Part shown: positions 10,862 through 23,487 of the stretch, one piece after another
Position numbering within the stretch: position 1 is the first letter of the stretch
Layout of the letters: each line of letters opens with the position of its first letter
Assembly (NCBI GenBank): GCA_965248925.1
Contig: CBDFLE010000006.1
Coordinates: forward strand, 1,568,001 to 1,632,000
Reading direction: 5' to 3'
Length of the DNA stretch: 64,000 nucleotides
Source of the DNA: Candidatus Multivoradales bacterium
Lineage (GTDB): Bacteria; Acidobacteriota; Thermoanaerobaculia; Multivoradales; J023
The notes under the pieces: generated by a model
Told to the model about the DNA's origin: nothing
The model's database searches: none
Seen by the model: only the letters and a program-made list of their open reading frames with translations
Program-made: the position numbers and the translations under genes

Positions 10862-13096
10862 TCATTGCACCGGCACTTCGAGAATGAATACCGTGCCACG
10901 CGGCTTGTTGTCCTCGACCCGGATGGTCGCCTGATGGTCGTCGACCACCCGATGGACGATGGCCAGACCCAGACCGGTACCTCGGCCTTTGGTGGAGTAG
11001 TACGGCAAGAACACTTTGTCCGTATCCTGTCGTGGGATACCGCGGCCGGTGTCGGCTACTGCAATTTCCAGCACGGCACCGCGCAGCTCTGAACTCAAGG
11101 TCACCTGGCCGGACGCCTCGGTGGCTTCCAGGGCGTTGTCCAGCAGGTTGATCAAAACACCCCGCAGCTGCCCGAGGTCGAACTGCACCGTGGCCGCGTC
11201 GGCGGCTACCGCCAGCTCCACTGCGACTCCCGGCTTGAGTCCGCGGTATAGCCGCAAGAGATCGTCGAAGAGCACCCGGAGATCGATCTTCGTCGGCTGT
11301 GGCCGCGGCATCCGGGCGTAGCTCGAAAACTCATCGACCATCGCCTTCATGCTCGCCACCTCACGGGTTATCACTTCGACACCAGCTTCCAGGGCCTGGG
11401 GGAAGTCCGCCGCCCGCGCCTGGTGTTTGCGCAGCAAGCGCTCGGCGGTGAGCTTGATCGGGGTCAGCGGGTTCTTGATCTCATGGGCGATACGCCGCGC
11501 GACTTCGGTCCAGGTGGCCATTTTCTGCGCCCGGATCAGCTCGGTCCGATCCTCCAGGACCACCACCCGGCCGCCTGCCTGAATACCGCCGGGAAGCTCC
11601 TTGACCTTGACATCGAGGGTCTTCCACACCCCGCCGATGGTCAACTTCAGCTCGCCACCAGCGGTCGTGCCATCGAGATCGCCCGCCACTACCGCCGCCA
11701 GCTTGGCGCGTTCTGAGTCACCCCAGGCAACCGCCAGGGGCTGGCCGATGACCTCCTCCTCGCGCTGGCTGAGAATGCCCAACGCCGCGCCGTTGCAAGT
11801 CAGGATGCGCTGCTCGCCATCGAGGGAAACCACTCCGGCGGCGACATTCTCGAGTACCGCCGCCAAACGCTCGTTGGCGCTCAGCAGCCGATGATTGGCG
11901 CGGTCGACCAGTTGGCGGTTGCGCTGCAACTCGCTAGCCATGTGATTGAAATCGTCCACCAGCACCCGCAACTCGTCGTCGACCGCTACCTCAACGCGAT
12001 GATCCAGGTCGCCCGAGGAGATCCTCCGGGTGGCGTCGGCGAGCAGCTGAATTGGCTCCGTCACCCGCCGCGCCAATCGCAGACCGATGGAAGAGAAAGC
12101 CAGAATCACTAGCAAGGTGACCATCAGCAAGATCGACAAATAGGCACCGCGGACCGCTTCCTTCTCCAACGACAATTGCTGGTAGGCCTGATACGCCGCC
12201 CGCAGGCGCTCGCTCTTGCCAGCCAGTTCGGGCGGTAGCAGGGTGCCGACCACGACCACCGGTGTTGACCCAAACTGCGGGGACCCCGTCGGCTCTTCCC
12301 CCCCGGCGGCCACCGGGTCGGCATCTGGCGACTTCGGAACCGCCCGTGCCGCCAACACCAGATGGCCGTCGATGCCGAGCTCCCGCACCACCCGCGTCTG
12401 CTCACCTTGGGCCATGGCCTCGCCCAAGAAACGGTTGAACCGCCGCACATCCGGCAGCCGGCCAATGCCCTTTCCAGGATCCGCGGTACCCTGCACAAAC
12501 TCGGTGCCGTCGTGGACCAGCAAGTAGTGCAAGCCCAATTCCTCGCGCAGCGCGCGGAGCCGGCGCTGCAGCTCGGCTTGCTGCGACAAGTCGCGCAGAT
12601 CGATGTCGCCGATCTCGCGCAGCACCCGCCCGGCATCCCGTAACCCTCGCCACTCGAGCTCGCCGATCAGCGCCAAGGCCACCTCGTCGCCCTCGGTCAC
12701 CACCTGTTCGATCGGCAGGCTGAGCCAGAGTTCGAACGAATCGACCACCAGGCGGGTGGCGAAGGGGAACAAGATCAACACCGGCACCAGCGACAGGGCA
12801 ATCGCCGACAGCACCAGCTTGGTCTTGAACTTCGAGCCCAGGATACGATGGCGACGCTCCAGCAGCAGCCGGAAAAGGCTGCGCACCAGGAAATAGAGAA
12901 TCGCCAAGATCAGAATGACGTTGATGTACCAGAGGGCGAAGAGCAAGACCTTGTTGTTGAGCAGCGCGGGCGGCAAGCCGCTACTTCGCAGCAAGAGGTA
13001 GTAAACCCCGGCGACCACCACGAAAAGGGCGGTCAGCACGGTCACCAAGCGCCGTGAACCTCGCCCCAAGACCCGCCGTTCCGAGTCGCCAGCCAT
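10862..13096 (-). CDS. NtrY-like sensor histidine kinase (TMs, HAMP, PAS, HisKA, HATPase)
   Basis: WTEVARRIAHEIKNPLTPIKL H-box, NLLDNA, DTGRG, GTGLGL. Confidence 0.92.
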   Translation of the reverse strand: MAGDSERRVLGRGSRRLVTVLTALFVVVAGVYYLLLRSSGLPPALLNNKVLLFALWYINVILILAILYFLVRSLFRLLLERRHRILGSKFKTKLVLSAIALSLVPVLILFPFATRLVVDSFELWLSLPIEQVVTEGDEVALALIGELEWRGLRDAGRVLREIGDIDLRDLSQQAELQRRLRALREELGLHYLLVHDGTEFVQGTADPGKGIGRLPDVRRFNRFLGEAMAQGEQTRVVRELGIDGHLVLAARAVPKSPDADPVAAGGEEPTGSPQFGSTPVVVVGTLLPPELAGKSERLRAAYQAYQQLSLEKEAVRGAYLSILLMVTLLVILAFSSIGLRLARRVTEPIQLLADATRRISSGDLDHRVEVAVDDELRVLVDDFNHMASELQRNRQLVDRANHRLLSANERLAAVLENVAAGVVSLDGEQRILTCNGAALGILSQREEEVIGQPLAVAWGDSERAKLAAVVAGDLDGTTAGGELKLTIGGVWKTLDVKVKELPGGIQAGGRVVVLEDRTELIRAQKMATWTEVARRIAHEIKNPLTPIKLTAERLLRKHQARAADFPQALEAGVEVITREVASMKAMVDEFSSYARMPRPQPTKIDLRVLFDDLLRLYRGLKPGVAVELAVAADAATVQFDLGQLRGVLINLLDNALEATEASGQVTLSSELRGAVLEIAVADTGRGIPRQDTDKVFLPYYSTKGRGTGLGLAIVHRVVDDHQATIRVEDNKPRGTVFILEVPVQ

Positions 13097-13099
13097 TGC

Positions 13100-13690
13100 T
13101 CAGCGAACCGCGGCCGGCAGGTGAAATTTGGCCGACTCGCGCCAGCCGGTGGTCTGGGTAAAGGGAATAATAAACAGCAGCTGGCGGGTGCCAAGCTCGG
13201 CCCGCACCCGCACCAGGGCGCGCTTGTGACCGGTCAAACCGGCAACGCTGAACACCGGCAGGCGGACGATCTCGGTCATCGCCCGGCGCAGTTCATCGCG
13301 ATCTCGCACCACCCGGCTTTCGATCAGGTCGCCGTCGTGCTTGAGATTGATCAGATACTCACGACTGATGGCGTTGTACAGCGCTACCACCTGTAGCCGG
13401 CTGGACCCGATCCGCTTGTCGGCCCAACGCAGACGGTCGCGCATGAGCTGCAACTGGAAGGTGTAGCCGGTGGCCAAGCCGCTTTCGACCCGCCGCACCA
13501 CCTCGTCGTCAAACGCCTGGTCAAGGCGAAAGGACAACAGCACCCGATCGCCCTCAAGCTCCACCACCACGTCTTCCACGGTGGCCGCCGTGGCGACACT
13601 GCCCCAGCCCGCCAGCAAGCTAGCGAGAAGCAGCACCACAACCCTTCGCAGGCCGTGGCAACCACAGCAGGGCTCAACTGTTAATCTCAT
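13100..13690 (-). CDS. DUF4390-family exported protein
   Basis: Signal-like N-terminus, VESGLATGYTFQLQL, YNAISREY; conserved position upstream of ntrY-like kinases; start uncertain. Confidence 0.75.
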   Translation of the reverse strand: MRLTVEPCCGCHGLRRVVVLLLASLLAGWGSVATAATVEDVVVELEGDRVLLSFRLDQAFDDEVVRRVESGLATGYTFQLQLMRDRLRWADKRIGSSRLQVVALYNAISREYLINLKHDGDLIESRVVRDRDELRRAMTEIVRLPVFSVAGLTGHKRALVRVRAELGTRQLLFIIPFTQTTGWRESAKFHLPAAVR

Positions 13691-13815
13691 CGTTAGTCGC
13701 ACTCTAGCAGGAGCTGATTGGAGCAGCAGCCTCGACACAGACAAGCCGATCGGCGCTATCATCCAGCCGTCAACAACCCGGCGCCCCCGCCGCGCCGCTA
13801 CCCGATTCGAGCACC

Positions 13816-14298
13816 ATGGCCAGCGAAAAACATCCCAACATCCAGCAACTCGCCGCCAACCGCCGCGCGCGCCACGAGTACCACCTGCTAGATAGCCTGG
13901 AAGCCGGCTTGGTGCTGACCGGCACCGAGGTCAAATCGGCCCGCCTGGGCAATGTGCAGTTGAAAGAGAGCCACGTTGAGTTCCGCAATGGCCAAGCCTG
14001 GCTGGTCGGCGCCCACTTCAGCCCCTACAGCCACGGCAACTACAACAATCACGACCCGGAACGGCAGCGCAAGCTACTGCTGAAAAAACGCGAGATCGAG
14101 CGTTTGGATGGCAAATCGCAAAGCAGCGGCATGACCGTGGTGCCGCTCAAGCTGTATCGCAAGGGCAATCGAATCAAGCTCGAAATCGCCCTGGCGCAGG
14201 GCAAGAAGCTGTACGACAAAAGAGAAACTGAACGCCTGCGAGTACTCGACCGTGAGGCGCACGAAGCGATGAAAGACGCCGGCCGCGGCGGCGGTTGA
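13816..14298 (+). CDS. smpB: SsrA-binding protein
   Basis: NRRARHEY, EAGLVLTGTEVKS, RKLLL, GKKLYDKR. Confidence 0.97.
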   Translation: MASEKHPNIQQLAANRRARHEYHLLDSLEAGLVLTGTEVKSARLGNVQLKESHVEFRNGQAWLVGAHFSPYSHGNYNNHDPERQRKLLLKKREIERLDGKSQSSGMTVVPLKLYRKGNRIKLEIALAQGKKLYDKRETERLRVLDREAHEAMKDAGRGGG

Positions 14299-14340
14299 GC
14301 AGCCGGAATACTAGATCACTGAGCCGGCAATTGCCCGGTG

Positions 14341-14820
14341 TCAATTACGCATTGCTTGTCGCCGACGTTCACGACCGCCGGTGTCGCGAATCCTGTCCAG
14401 CGCCCGCTGGCCACCGTATTTGGCGACGATGCGGTCGTCCCATTCGTCAGAAATCTCCGCCACCGCCGCCACCGCACCCAGCACATTGCTGCGCTCGACC
14501 GCGCGGCCAAACAGCGAGTAGGCGAAGAAAATATCGCTGCCGACCAGCGAGAAGGCGCCGAATGGCAGGCTGTGGTTCAGTTCCAGCAGGCCGCGTAGCA
14601 GCTTGTCGTCGACCTTGACCCCTTGGACGCAGTAGGCCATCACTTGCATCGCCACATCCTCGGCGCCATAGGGGTCGACAGAAACCTCCAACACGGTGCT
14701 GCCATAGCGGACATAGAAGTGGCCGGTTTCTTCTTCGTGATGGATATCGTCGAATAGCTCGCCCAGGTAGGTCTGCACCCGCTCGTAAGCTTGGCGATGG
14801 CGATCGTTGTTGAATTCCAT
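14341..14820 (-). CDS. YbjN / T3SS-chaperone-like domain protein
   Basis: FYVRYGST, LLELNHSLPFGAFSL, SDEWDDRIVAKYGG; RBS AAGGAG. Confidence 0.75.
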   Translation of the reverse strand: MEFNNDRHRQAYERVQTYLGELFDDIHHEEETGHFYVRYGSTVLEVSVDPYGAEDVAMQVMAYCVQGVKVDDKLLRGLLELNHSLPFGAFSLVGSDIFFAYSLFGRAVERSNVLGAVAAVAEISDEWDDRIVAKYGGQRALDRIRDTGGRERRRQAMRN

Positions 14821-14876
14821 TCTTATCTTCTCTCCTTCGAGCCGTCGCTAGCGCTGGGAACGGCACCGAGCGAGCA

Positions 14877-14946
14877 TTGCCGGCGGCTCGTTGCGCGGCG
14901 CTCGCTGCCGGTGACTCGTTGCCGGTGGCTCGTTGCCGGTGACTCG
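14877..14946. repeat. Five imperfect 14-bp tandem repeats (consensus TTGCCGGTGACTCG)
   Basis: ttgccggcggctcg / ttgcgcggcgctcg / ctgccggtgactcg / ttgccggtggctcg / ttgccggtgactcg. Confidence 0.85.
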
Positions 14947-15138
14947 TTGACAGCGGCGGCGGCATGAATTAAGTTGCCGACTATTCGAATCGGCTCTAGC
15001 TTACGACAACTGGAGCACCTAGAACCATCTCCAACCCTCGGCTCGTACCGAGGCTGTTGCGGTGGACGCTGAGCCCGCCCCCGCCCTGCGAGAGGAGCTA
15101 TGGGACACCTACCCAACAATTCTGAGGAGGAATTCTGC

Positions 15139-16422
15139 ATGCATCGGCGAGCGCAGCTAATCAGCCGCATCGTAATTTTGGTCAGCCTCGTTCTGATCGC
15201 CAGCTGGCCGGCCTTCGGCGCCGGCTTCTCGATCTATGAGCAAGGAGCCAAGGCCATGGGTATGGCCGGCGCCTTCACCGGCCAGGCCGACGACGGTTCG
15301 GCGATGTTCCACAACATCGCTGGTATCGGTTTCATCAAAGAGCGCCAGCTGCAAGGCGGCGTGACCTTCATCACCATCGAATCGAGTGAGTTCACCGGTC
15401 TCGACCCGTTCCCTGGCAGCGGCGTCCGAGAAGAGCAAGAAGACCTCATCTTCTTCCCCGTACAAGCCTACTTCGTGCAGCCGGTCAATGATCGAATGAC
15501 CTTCGGCCTCAGCCTCAACAGCCCCTTTGGCCTGACCACCGAGTGGGCCAACGAGGACACCTTCACCGGCCGCTTCATCAGCACCCGGGCAGAGCTGCGG
15601 GTGATCGATCTCACCGCCGGCCTGGGCTGGCAGGTGACGGACAACCTGAGCCTCGGATTGGGCCTCGGCCTGCGGGTTTCCGATGTCGAGCTAACGCGCC
15701 GCGTACCGTTGATCAATCCCTTCACCCTGAGCACGTTCGACGCCGCCAACGCGGTACTCGGAAGTGATGTCGAAACCGGCCTGACCTACCACTTCAGCTG
15801 GCTGCACCGGGTCGGTCAGCAGTTCTCCTGGGGCTTCACTTACCACGGCAAGACCGAGATCGACTACGGCGGCTCGGGCCGTTTCACCCAGCTTTCTTCC
15901 GGCAACCCGGTGCTCGATGCGATCGTCGCCGGCCGCATCCCCTTCGACCAGGATCTGCCGATCTCCACCTCGATCGAGTTCCCCGATCAGGCAGTGCTGG
16001 GCTTCTCGCTCGGACTGACCCAGCGATTGCGAATGAATGTCGATCTCGGCTGGACCGGCTGGACCACTTTTGATCAGGTTGTGCTCGAATTCCCCGACAA
16101 CCCTCAGTTCAGCTCAGTGATCCCCGAGGACTACGAAGACGCCTACTTCTATCGCGTTGGTTTCAATTGGCAGGTCCATCAAGATCTGGCCTGGCGCTTT
16201 GGCTATGTTCTCGACGAGACACCGCAACCCGATAGAACGGTTGGCCCTCTGCTGCCCGACTCCGATCGCGGCGGCATCACCCTCGGCCTGGGGTGGAAGC
16301 GCTACGACCTGGCGCTGATGTATCTGCAGTTTGACGAACGGACGACGACCACCAACGATAACGACTTCAACGGCACCTACGAGACCACCAGCTGGCTGCT
16401 CGGTCTCACCATAACCCTGTGA
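15139..16422 (+). CDS. FadL/OmpP1-family outer-membrane transporter
   Basis: RBS GAGGAGG; signal peptide, AGFSIYEQGAKAMGMAGA, PFGLTTEW, LPDSDR. Confidence 0.9.
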   Translation: MHRRAQLISRIVILVSLVLIASWPAFGAGFSIYEQGAKAMGMAGAFTGQADDGSAMFHNIAGIGFIKERQLQGGVTFITIESSEFTGLDPFPGSGVREEQEDLIFFPVQAYFVQPVNDRMTFGLSLNSPFGLTTEWANEDTFTGRFISTRAELRVIDLTAGLGWQVTDNLSLGLGLGLRVSDVELTRRVPLINPFTLSTFDAANAVLGSDVETGLTYHFSWLHRVGQQFSWGFTYHGKTEIDYGGSGRFTQLSSGNPVLDAIVAGRIPFDQDLPISTSIEFPDQAVLGFSLGLTQRLRMNVDLGWTGWTTFDQVVLEFPDNPQFSSVIPEDYEDAYFYRVGFNWQVHQDLAWRFGYVLDETPQPDRTVGPLLPDSDRGGITLGLGWKRYDLALMYLQFDERTTTTNDNDFNGTYETTSWLLGLTITL

Positions 16423-16436
16423 TAGGGAGGAGCACG

Positions 16437-18047
16437 ATGATGAAATCTCGACAAGTCATTCGCACCCACCTCAGTCGTGCCTTGGCCCTGGCCACTCTCA
16501 GCAGCCTACTGCTGGTCGCCCAGGCACCGGCACAGGATACTGGCAGCGCCGACTTCACCCGCTACGTCTCGATCGGCGACAGTCTGACCGCGGGCTTCAT
16601 GAGCGGCGGCTTGGTTGCTGAAGTGCAGGCCCTGTCCTACCCTGCCTTGATCTCCCGCCAAGCTCAGGGCAGCAACCAGGGATTCGAGCAGCCGACGGTG
16701 TCGGCGCCGGGTATCCCACCGCTGCTCAGATTGCGCAATCTGGCACCGCTGACCATCACTCCCAGTGGCACAGGTCTCGGCTCGCCCACCAATCTGACTC
16801 TGCCGCGGCCATACAGCAACCTGGCGGTGCCGGGTGCCAATATCAACGATCTGATCAACACGGTCAGCGATGGCGGCGGTCTGCACGACCTGATCCTGCG
16901 CGGCCTGGGTACCCAACTGCAGCAGGCAGCGGTCCAGCAACCGACCTTCGTCACCGTGTGGATCGGCAACAACGACGCCCTCGGCGCGGCCACCTCCGGT
17001 CTGGTGATCGAAGACGTTACTTTGACCAGCCTGAGCAACTTCGAGAGCAAGTTCCGCACCGCCATCGCTACTTTGCAGGCGGTCGGCGCACAGCTGGCGA
17101 TGGCCACCATTGCCGACGTGACGGCGATTCCCTTCGTCACCGCGGTGCCACCGGTGCTGGTCAACCCGGCGACCAACCTGCCGGTGCTGGTCAACGGTCA
17201 GCTGGTGCCACTGATCGGCCCTGACGGACCGCTCACCCCCGGTGTCGACTTCCTCACCCTAAACGCTCCCGGCCAGCTGGCCCAGGGACGCGGTATCCCG
17301 CTAGCGTTCGGCGGCAGCGGCTTGGCGCTGACCGACGACGTGGTGCTCTCAGGCGCTGAGGTAGCGACCATCAATGACCGCATCAACGGCTTCAACTCGG
17401 TCATCCGGACCGTCGCCGGGGAGGTCGGAGCGGCGGTGGTCGACATGAATGTGGTGTTCAACCGCATCGCCAGAAACGGCCTCAGCATCGGCGGTGTCAC
17501 GCTGACCACCGAGTTCCTCACCGGTGGCCTGTTCAGCTACGACGGCGTCCACGCTTCGGCGACCGGTTATGCGGTGGTTGCCAACGAGTTCATCAAGGCG
17601 ATCAACGCTCAATTCGGCGGCGCCATCCCGCAGGTGGCGTTGGCGCCGTTTTTCTTCGGCCCCGACGGTAGGGTCGGCACTAACGTCGAGACCGGCGCCA
17701 ACTTAAACGCCGGCTTTCTCTTCACCCGCCGCGGCGACAACAACCTACGCTTTGCTCTCGGCGTGCCCGATCGCGCCACTCTGCGGCGCATCAAAGCCGA
17801 GCGCGAGGGCCAGATCTCGACCGGCGATGGCGACGGCGATTCTCCTGGCGGCGATGGCGGCGACTCGACACCGATCGACAACCGCGGATTCCCGGTCGGC
17901 CACGGCCACTATTGCAGCGACGAGTTCAAGTGCGGCTTCGGCCTCGGCGACTGCGATGTCGACAGTCACTGCGAAGCTGGACTGCGCTGCATCGACAATC
18001 GGGGCGCCGACTTCGGCTTCCGGCCAAAGGTCGACATCTGCCTCTAG
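16437..18047 (+). CDS. Exported SGNH/GDSL lipase with a C-terminal Cys-rich tail
   Basis: YVSIGDSLTAG, NLAVPGA, WIGNND, DGVH; RBS GGAGGAG. Confidence 0.9.
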   Translation: MMKSRQVIRTHLSRALALATLSSLLLVAQAPAQDTGSADFTRYVSIGDSLTAGFMSGGLVAEVQALSYPALISRQAQGSNQGFEQPTVSAPGIPPLLRLRNLAPLTITPSGTGLGSPTNLTLPRPYSNLAVPGANINDLINTVSDGGGLHDLILRGLGTQLQQAAVQQPTFVTVWIGNNDALGAATSGLVIEDVTLTSLSNFESKFRTAIATLQAVGAQLAMATIADVTAIPFVTAVPPVLVNPATNLPVLVNGQLVPLIGPDGPLTPGVDFLTLNAPGQLAQGRGIPLAFGGSGLALTDDVVLSGAEVATINDRINGFNSVIRTVAGEVGAAVVDMNVVFNRIARNGLSIGGVTLTTEFLTGGLFSYDGVHASATGYAVVANEFIKAINAQFGGAIPQVALAPFFFGPDGRVGTNVETGANLNAGFLFTRRGDNNLRFALGVPDRATLRRIKAEREGQISTGDGDGDSPGGDGGDSTPIDNRGFPVGHGHYCSDEFKCGFGLGDCDVDSHCEAGLRCIDNRGADFGFRPKVDICL

Positions 18048-18084
18048 CCGAGGCGAGATAGTCGGTCACTCAAGACCGATACGG

Positions 18085-18122
18085 GGCGGCGAGTAAAGAA
18101 CTCGCCGCCTCTTTTAATTTTA
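18085..18122 (+). terminator. Intrinsic terminator
   Basis: GGCGGCGAGT-aaaga-ACTCGCCGCC followed by TCTTTTAATTTT. Confidence 0.85.
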
Positions 18123-18135
18123 CTATCCGTTCTAC

Positions 18136-18918
18136 CTAATCGCTGCCCGCGGCGGCGCGGATTGCTTGCACCCAGGCCCACAGCAGGTCGAGTTCTTCTT
18201 CACTCAGATCGGCACCGTAGGCCGGCATCGAGATAGCCTGACGGCGCCAGAAAAAGCGCGCTACAGGATTGCGCTGTAGGCGGCGGCTGGTGCCGGTGCG
18301 CACCCAATCGCGAAACTCCTCTTGATCGCGCACCAGATGGTCAAAATTACCACCGGCAAAGCCCGGCACAAAGCCACCTAGGGAACCCGGATTGGCCACT
18401 CCGCCAGCGCCGTCGAAGCCATGACAGTCGAAGCAGCCTTGCTGCCGAGCCAATTTGCGGCCAGCGGCTGCTGCCTCACCAGCAGTCTGATCCACCCGCT
18501 CGACAACCGCGACGTAGGCCACCAAATCGGCGATCTGCTGATCATTGAGGCGCTCATCGTAGGCCGGCATGCGCAGGCGCTGGGTCGCCAAGCGCAAGCG
18601 GATCGCTTCGTCGTCCAGCCATTTTCGTGGCGCGCCGAAGCGAATGAACTCTTCGATACCCTGCCGAGTGGGCTGGTACATCATCGCGTTACCACTACCA
18701 AAGCGGGGCACGGTCCCCCAGCGGCTGCCGGGATTGGGGATCTCCGACCTCTTGGTCTGAGAATGACAGGCAAGACAGCCCACTTGCGCGGCTAGCTGAC
18801 GACCTCGCAACACCGGCGTGGACTCCAAGCTGTGAAGCACGCGCCGTACACCAACAGGCAACACGGCGATCACTGCCACCATCAGCAGCAGCCCAACAAC
18901 AGTTCGTCTACGTAGCAT
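18136..18918 (-). CDS. Membrane-anchored di-haem c-type cytochrome
   Basis: CLACH and CFDCH, two MPAY ligand motifs, internal duplication. Confidence 0.9.
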   Translation of the reverse strand: MLRRRTVVGLLLMVAVIAVLPVGVRRVLHSLESTPVLRGRQLAAQVGCLACHSQTKRSEIPNPGSRWGTVPRFGSGNAMMYQPTRQGIEEFIRFGAPRKWLDDEAIRLRLATQRLRMPAYDERLNDQQIADLVAYVAVVERVDQTAGEAAAAGRKLARQQGCFDCHGFDGAGGVANPGSLGGFVPGFAGGNFDHLVRDQEEFRDWVRTGTSRRLQRNPVARFFWRRQAISMPAYGADLSEEELDLLWAWVQAIRAAAGSD

Positions 18919-18961
18919 GGCGGCAGGACTCTCTGGCAGGAATGAGGGAGGGTAGCTGCAG

Positions 18962-19002
18962 AAAAGAGAACGGCCGCAGAGCCATGGCGACTCCGCGGCC
19001 GT
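18962..19002 (-). terminator. Probable intrinsic terminator after 19018-19383
   Basis: ACGGCCGC...GCGGCCGT stem followed by TCTCTTTT on the minus strand. Confidence 0.6.
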
Positions 19003-19017
19003 AGGTCGGGCAGGCTA

Positions 19018-19383
19018 CTAGCTCGCCGCTTTGGCGCCGCTGACGGTCAGGACTTTCACCCCGCCCTTGTCGGCCAGGTCACCGGTGACCTCGGCGTTAC
19101 CACCGGCCATGTCCTTGAGCGCCGCGAACGAGTCGCCGTTGTCATGACTGGCGGCGAGGATCACCACCGTGCCATCTTCGAGCAACAGGCCCATCGGCTG
19201 GCCACCCTTGACGCAAGCCGTGGCACAGCCGGCGTGATCAGCGCCCGCGGCACCTTTGGGTACGTAGCAGGCAACATCGATCACCTCGCCAGTCCAGGAA
19301 CCTTCCTCGGCACTGACGGTGAACACCGCGCCCAAGGCAACCATCGAAACCACAAGCATCAAAACCAAAATGCGCTTTTGCAT
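19018..19383 (-). CDS. Small exported protein with Cys/His motif (possibly metal-binding or disulfide-linked)
   Basis: RBS GGAGG; signal peptide; GEVIDVACY...HAGCATACVKGGQPMG. Confidence 0.85.
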   Translation of the reverse strand: MQKRILVLMLVVSMVALGAVFTVSAEEGSWTGEVIDVACYVPKGAAGADHAGCATACVKGGQPMGLLLEDGTVVILAASHDNGDSFAALKDMAGGNAEVTGDLADKGGVKVLTVSGAKAAS

Positions 19384-19565
19384 TACCTAAGACCTCCATT
19401 AGTGAACAAGGCGTTAATTATACACGGAGAAACCTGTTTATATCCAGACACGGGTCTTGTTGGGTTCGGACAGAGTTCAACTACGGAAGCACCAGTTTAC
19501 CGGATGGGAGGAATACCGTTATGCTCCCCTCTGTTATCAGATATGAGGGCTGGCGACTCAGGTTT

Positions 19566-19592
19566 CTTGAAGTCCAAGGCGCTCACCCAACT
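19566..19592 (+). promoter_or_regulatory. Possible heat-shock (RpoH-like) promoter
   Basis: CTTGAA-N14-CCCAACT upstream of cbpA-clpB. Confidence 0.3.
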
Positions 19593-19654
19593 AAGGAAAA
19601 TCGGGCGACTGCCCGGGCGGCGCGCCGCCCGGGACCGCTGACGGAGGGCTGGTC

Positions 19655-20617
19655 TTGGACTACAAGGACTACTACGACACGCTGGGAATCTCCAAAGGGG
19701 CACCCGCCGAGGAGATCCAAAAGGCGTATCGCAAGCTGGCCCGCAAGCATCATCCGGACGTCAATCAGGGCAAGGCGGCCTCCGAGGAGAAATTCAAAGA
19801 GATCAGCGAGGCCTATGAGGTGTTGAAAGACCCGCAGAAACGCGCCACCTACGATCGCTTCGGCTCGAATTGGAAAGGCCAGAGCGGTCGCGGCGGGCCG
19901 CCACCAGGATTTGGCGGCTTCGACTTCGGCGGTATGGGCGGCGGCGCCAGGGGCGCTGGGGACGACAGTGGTTTCAGCTCCTTCTTCGACATGCTGTTTA
20001 GCGGCGGTCGCGGACGCGGCGGCAGTCCTTTCGCTGGCGCCGAGGGATTCGGCGGCTTCGAGGGTGGCAACCGCCCGCGGGGCCAAGGTGCGGATCAAGA
20101 GGCAGAGTTGAAGCTCAGCTTGGAACAAGCCGCCGGGGGCGGCGCTCGCGAACTCACTCTGACCGACTCGGCCAGCGGTCGCCCACGGACCGTTTCAGTG
20201 AAGCTGCCCCAGGGGGTACGGGCCGGACAGAGAATCCGCCTCGCCGGCCGTGGCGGCCAGGGTTTCGGCAACGCCCCCGCTGGCGACCTGTTCTTGAAAG
20301 TCGAATTGCTGCCCCACGATCACTTTCGCCTCGAGGGCCTCGATCTGCACGCCCCCCTGCCCATCACCCCCTGGTTGGCGGCTCTCGGCGGTCCAGCGAA
20401 AGTGCGTACCCTCGGCGGCTCGGTGACGGTGAAGATCCCCGGCGGCTCCTCCAGCGGTCGCAAGATCCGCTTACGGGGCCAGGGCTTCCCCAATCCCAAG
20501 GGCCAGCCGGGCGACCTCTACACCGAGATCAAAGTGATGGTGCCGAGTCAGCTAACGGCCACAGAGCGTGAGCTGCTAGAGGAGCTTTCCCAGGTGTCGA
20601 GCTTCGCCCCCGAATAG
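19655..20617 (+). CDS. cbpA: Class II J-domain chaperone (CbpA-like)
   Basis: DYYDTLG, HPD motif, G/F-rich linker, no zinc finger; TTG start after GGAGG. Confidence 0.88.
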   Translation: MDYKDYYDTLGISKGAPAEEIQKAYRKLARKHHPDVNQGKAASEEKFKEISEAYEVLKDPQKRATYDRFGSNWKGQSGRGGPPPGFGGFDFGGMGGGARGAGDDSGFSSFFDMLFSGGRGRGGSPFAGAEGFGGFEGGNRPRGQGADQEAELKLSLEQAAGGGARELTLTDSASGRPRTVSVKLPQGVRAGQRIRLAGRGGQGFGNAPAGDLFLKVELLPHDHFRLEGLDLHAPLPITPWLAALGGPAKVRTLGGSVTVKIPGGSSSGRKIRLRGQGFPNPKGQPGDLYTEIKVMVPSQLTATERELLEELSQVSSFAPE

Positions 20618-20685
20618 GGCGAGCGGCACTCTAGAGTACTTACAACGGTCCACGCCAACCGGCAGCGACCGCGGGAGATAAGACT

Positions 20686-23328
<2,643 letters not shown>

Positions 23329-23344
23329 GGAGGGCCGTTTTCCT

Positions 23345-23391
23345 CGTCCCCTGGGGACGTCATCGCATAGCGAGGGGTTTCAACCCCTCGC
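23345..23391. repeat. REP-like palindromes
   Basis: CGTCCCC-t-GGGGACG and GCGAGGGG-tttcaa-CCCCTCGC. Confidence 0.6.
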
Positions 23392-23487
23392 GTCGGGCGG
23401 CTGCTGGGGGCTGTACCCTGCGGCCTGGCCCTACTGAAGACCGGAGCTGATCTGCCAGCAAATGCTAAGATTCCCTAGAGTTTCGTC

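Noticed and set aside
14877-14946. CRISPR array
   Set aside because: Short contiguous repeats with no spacers
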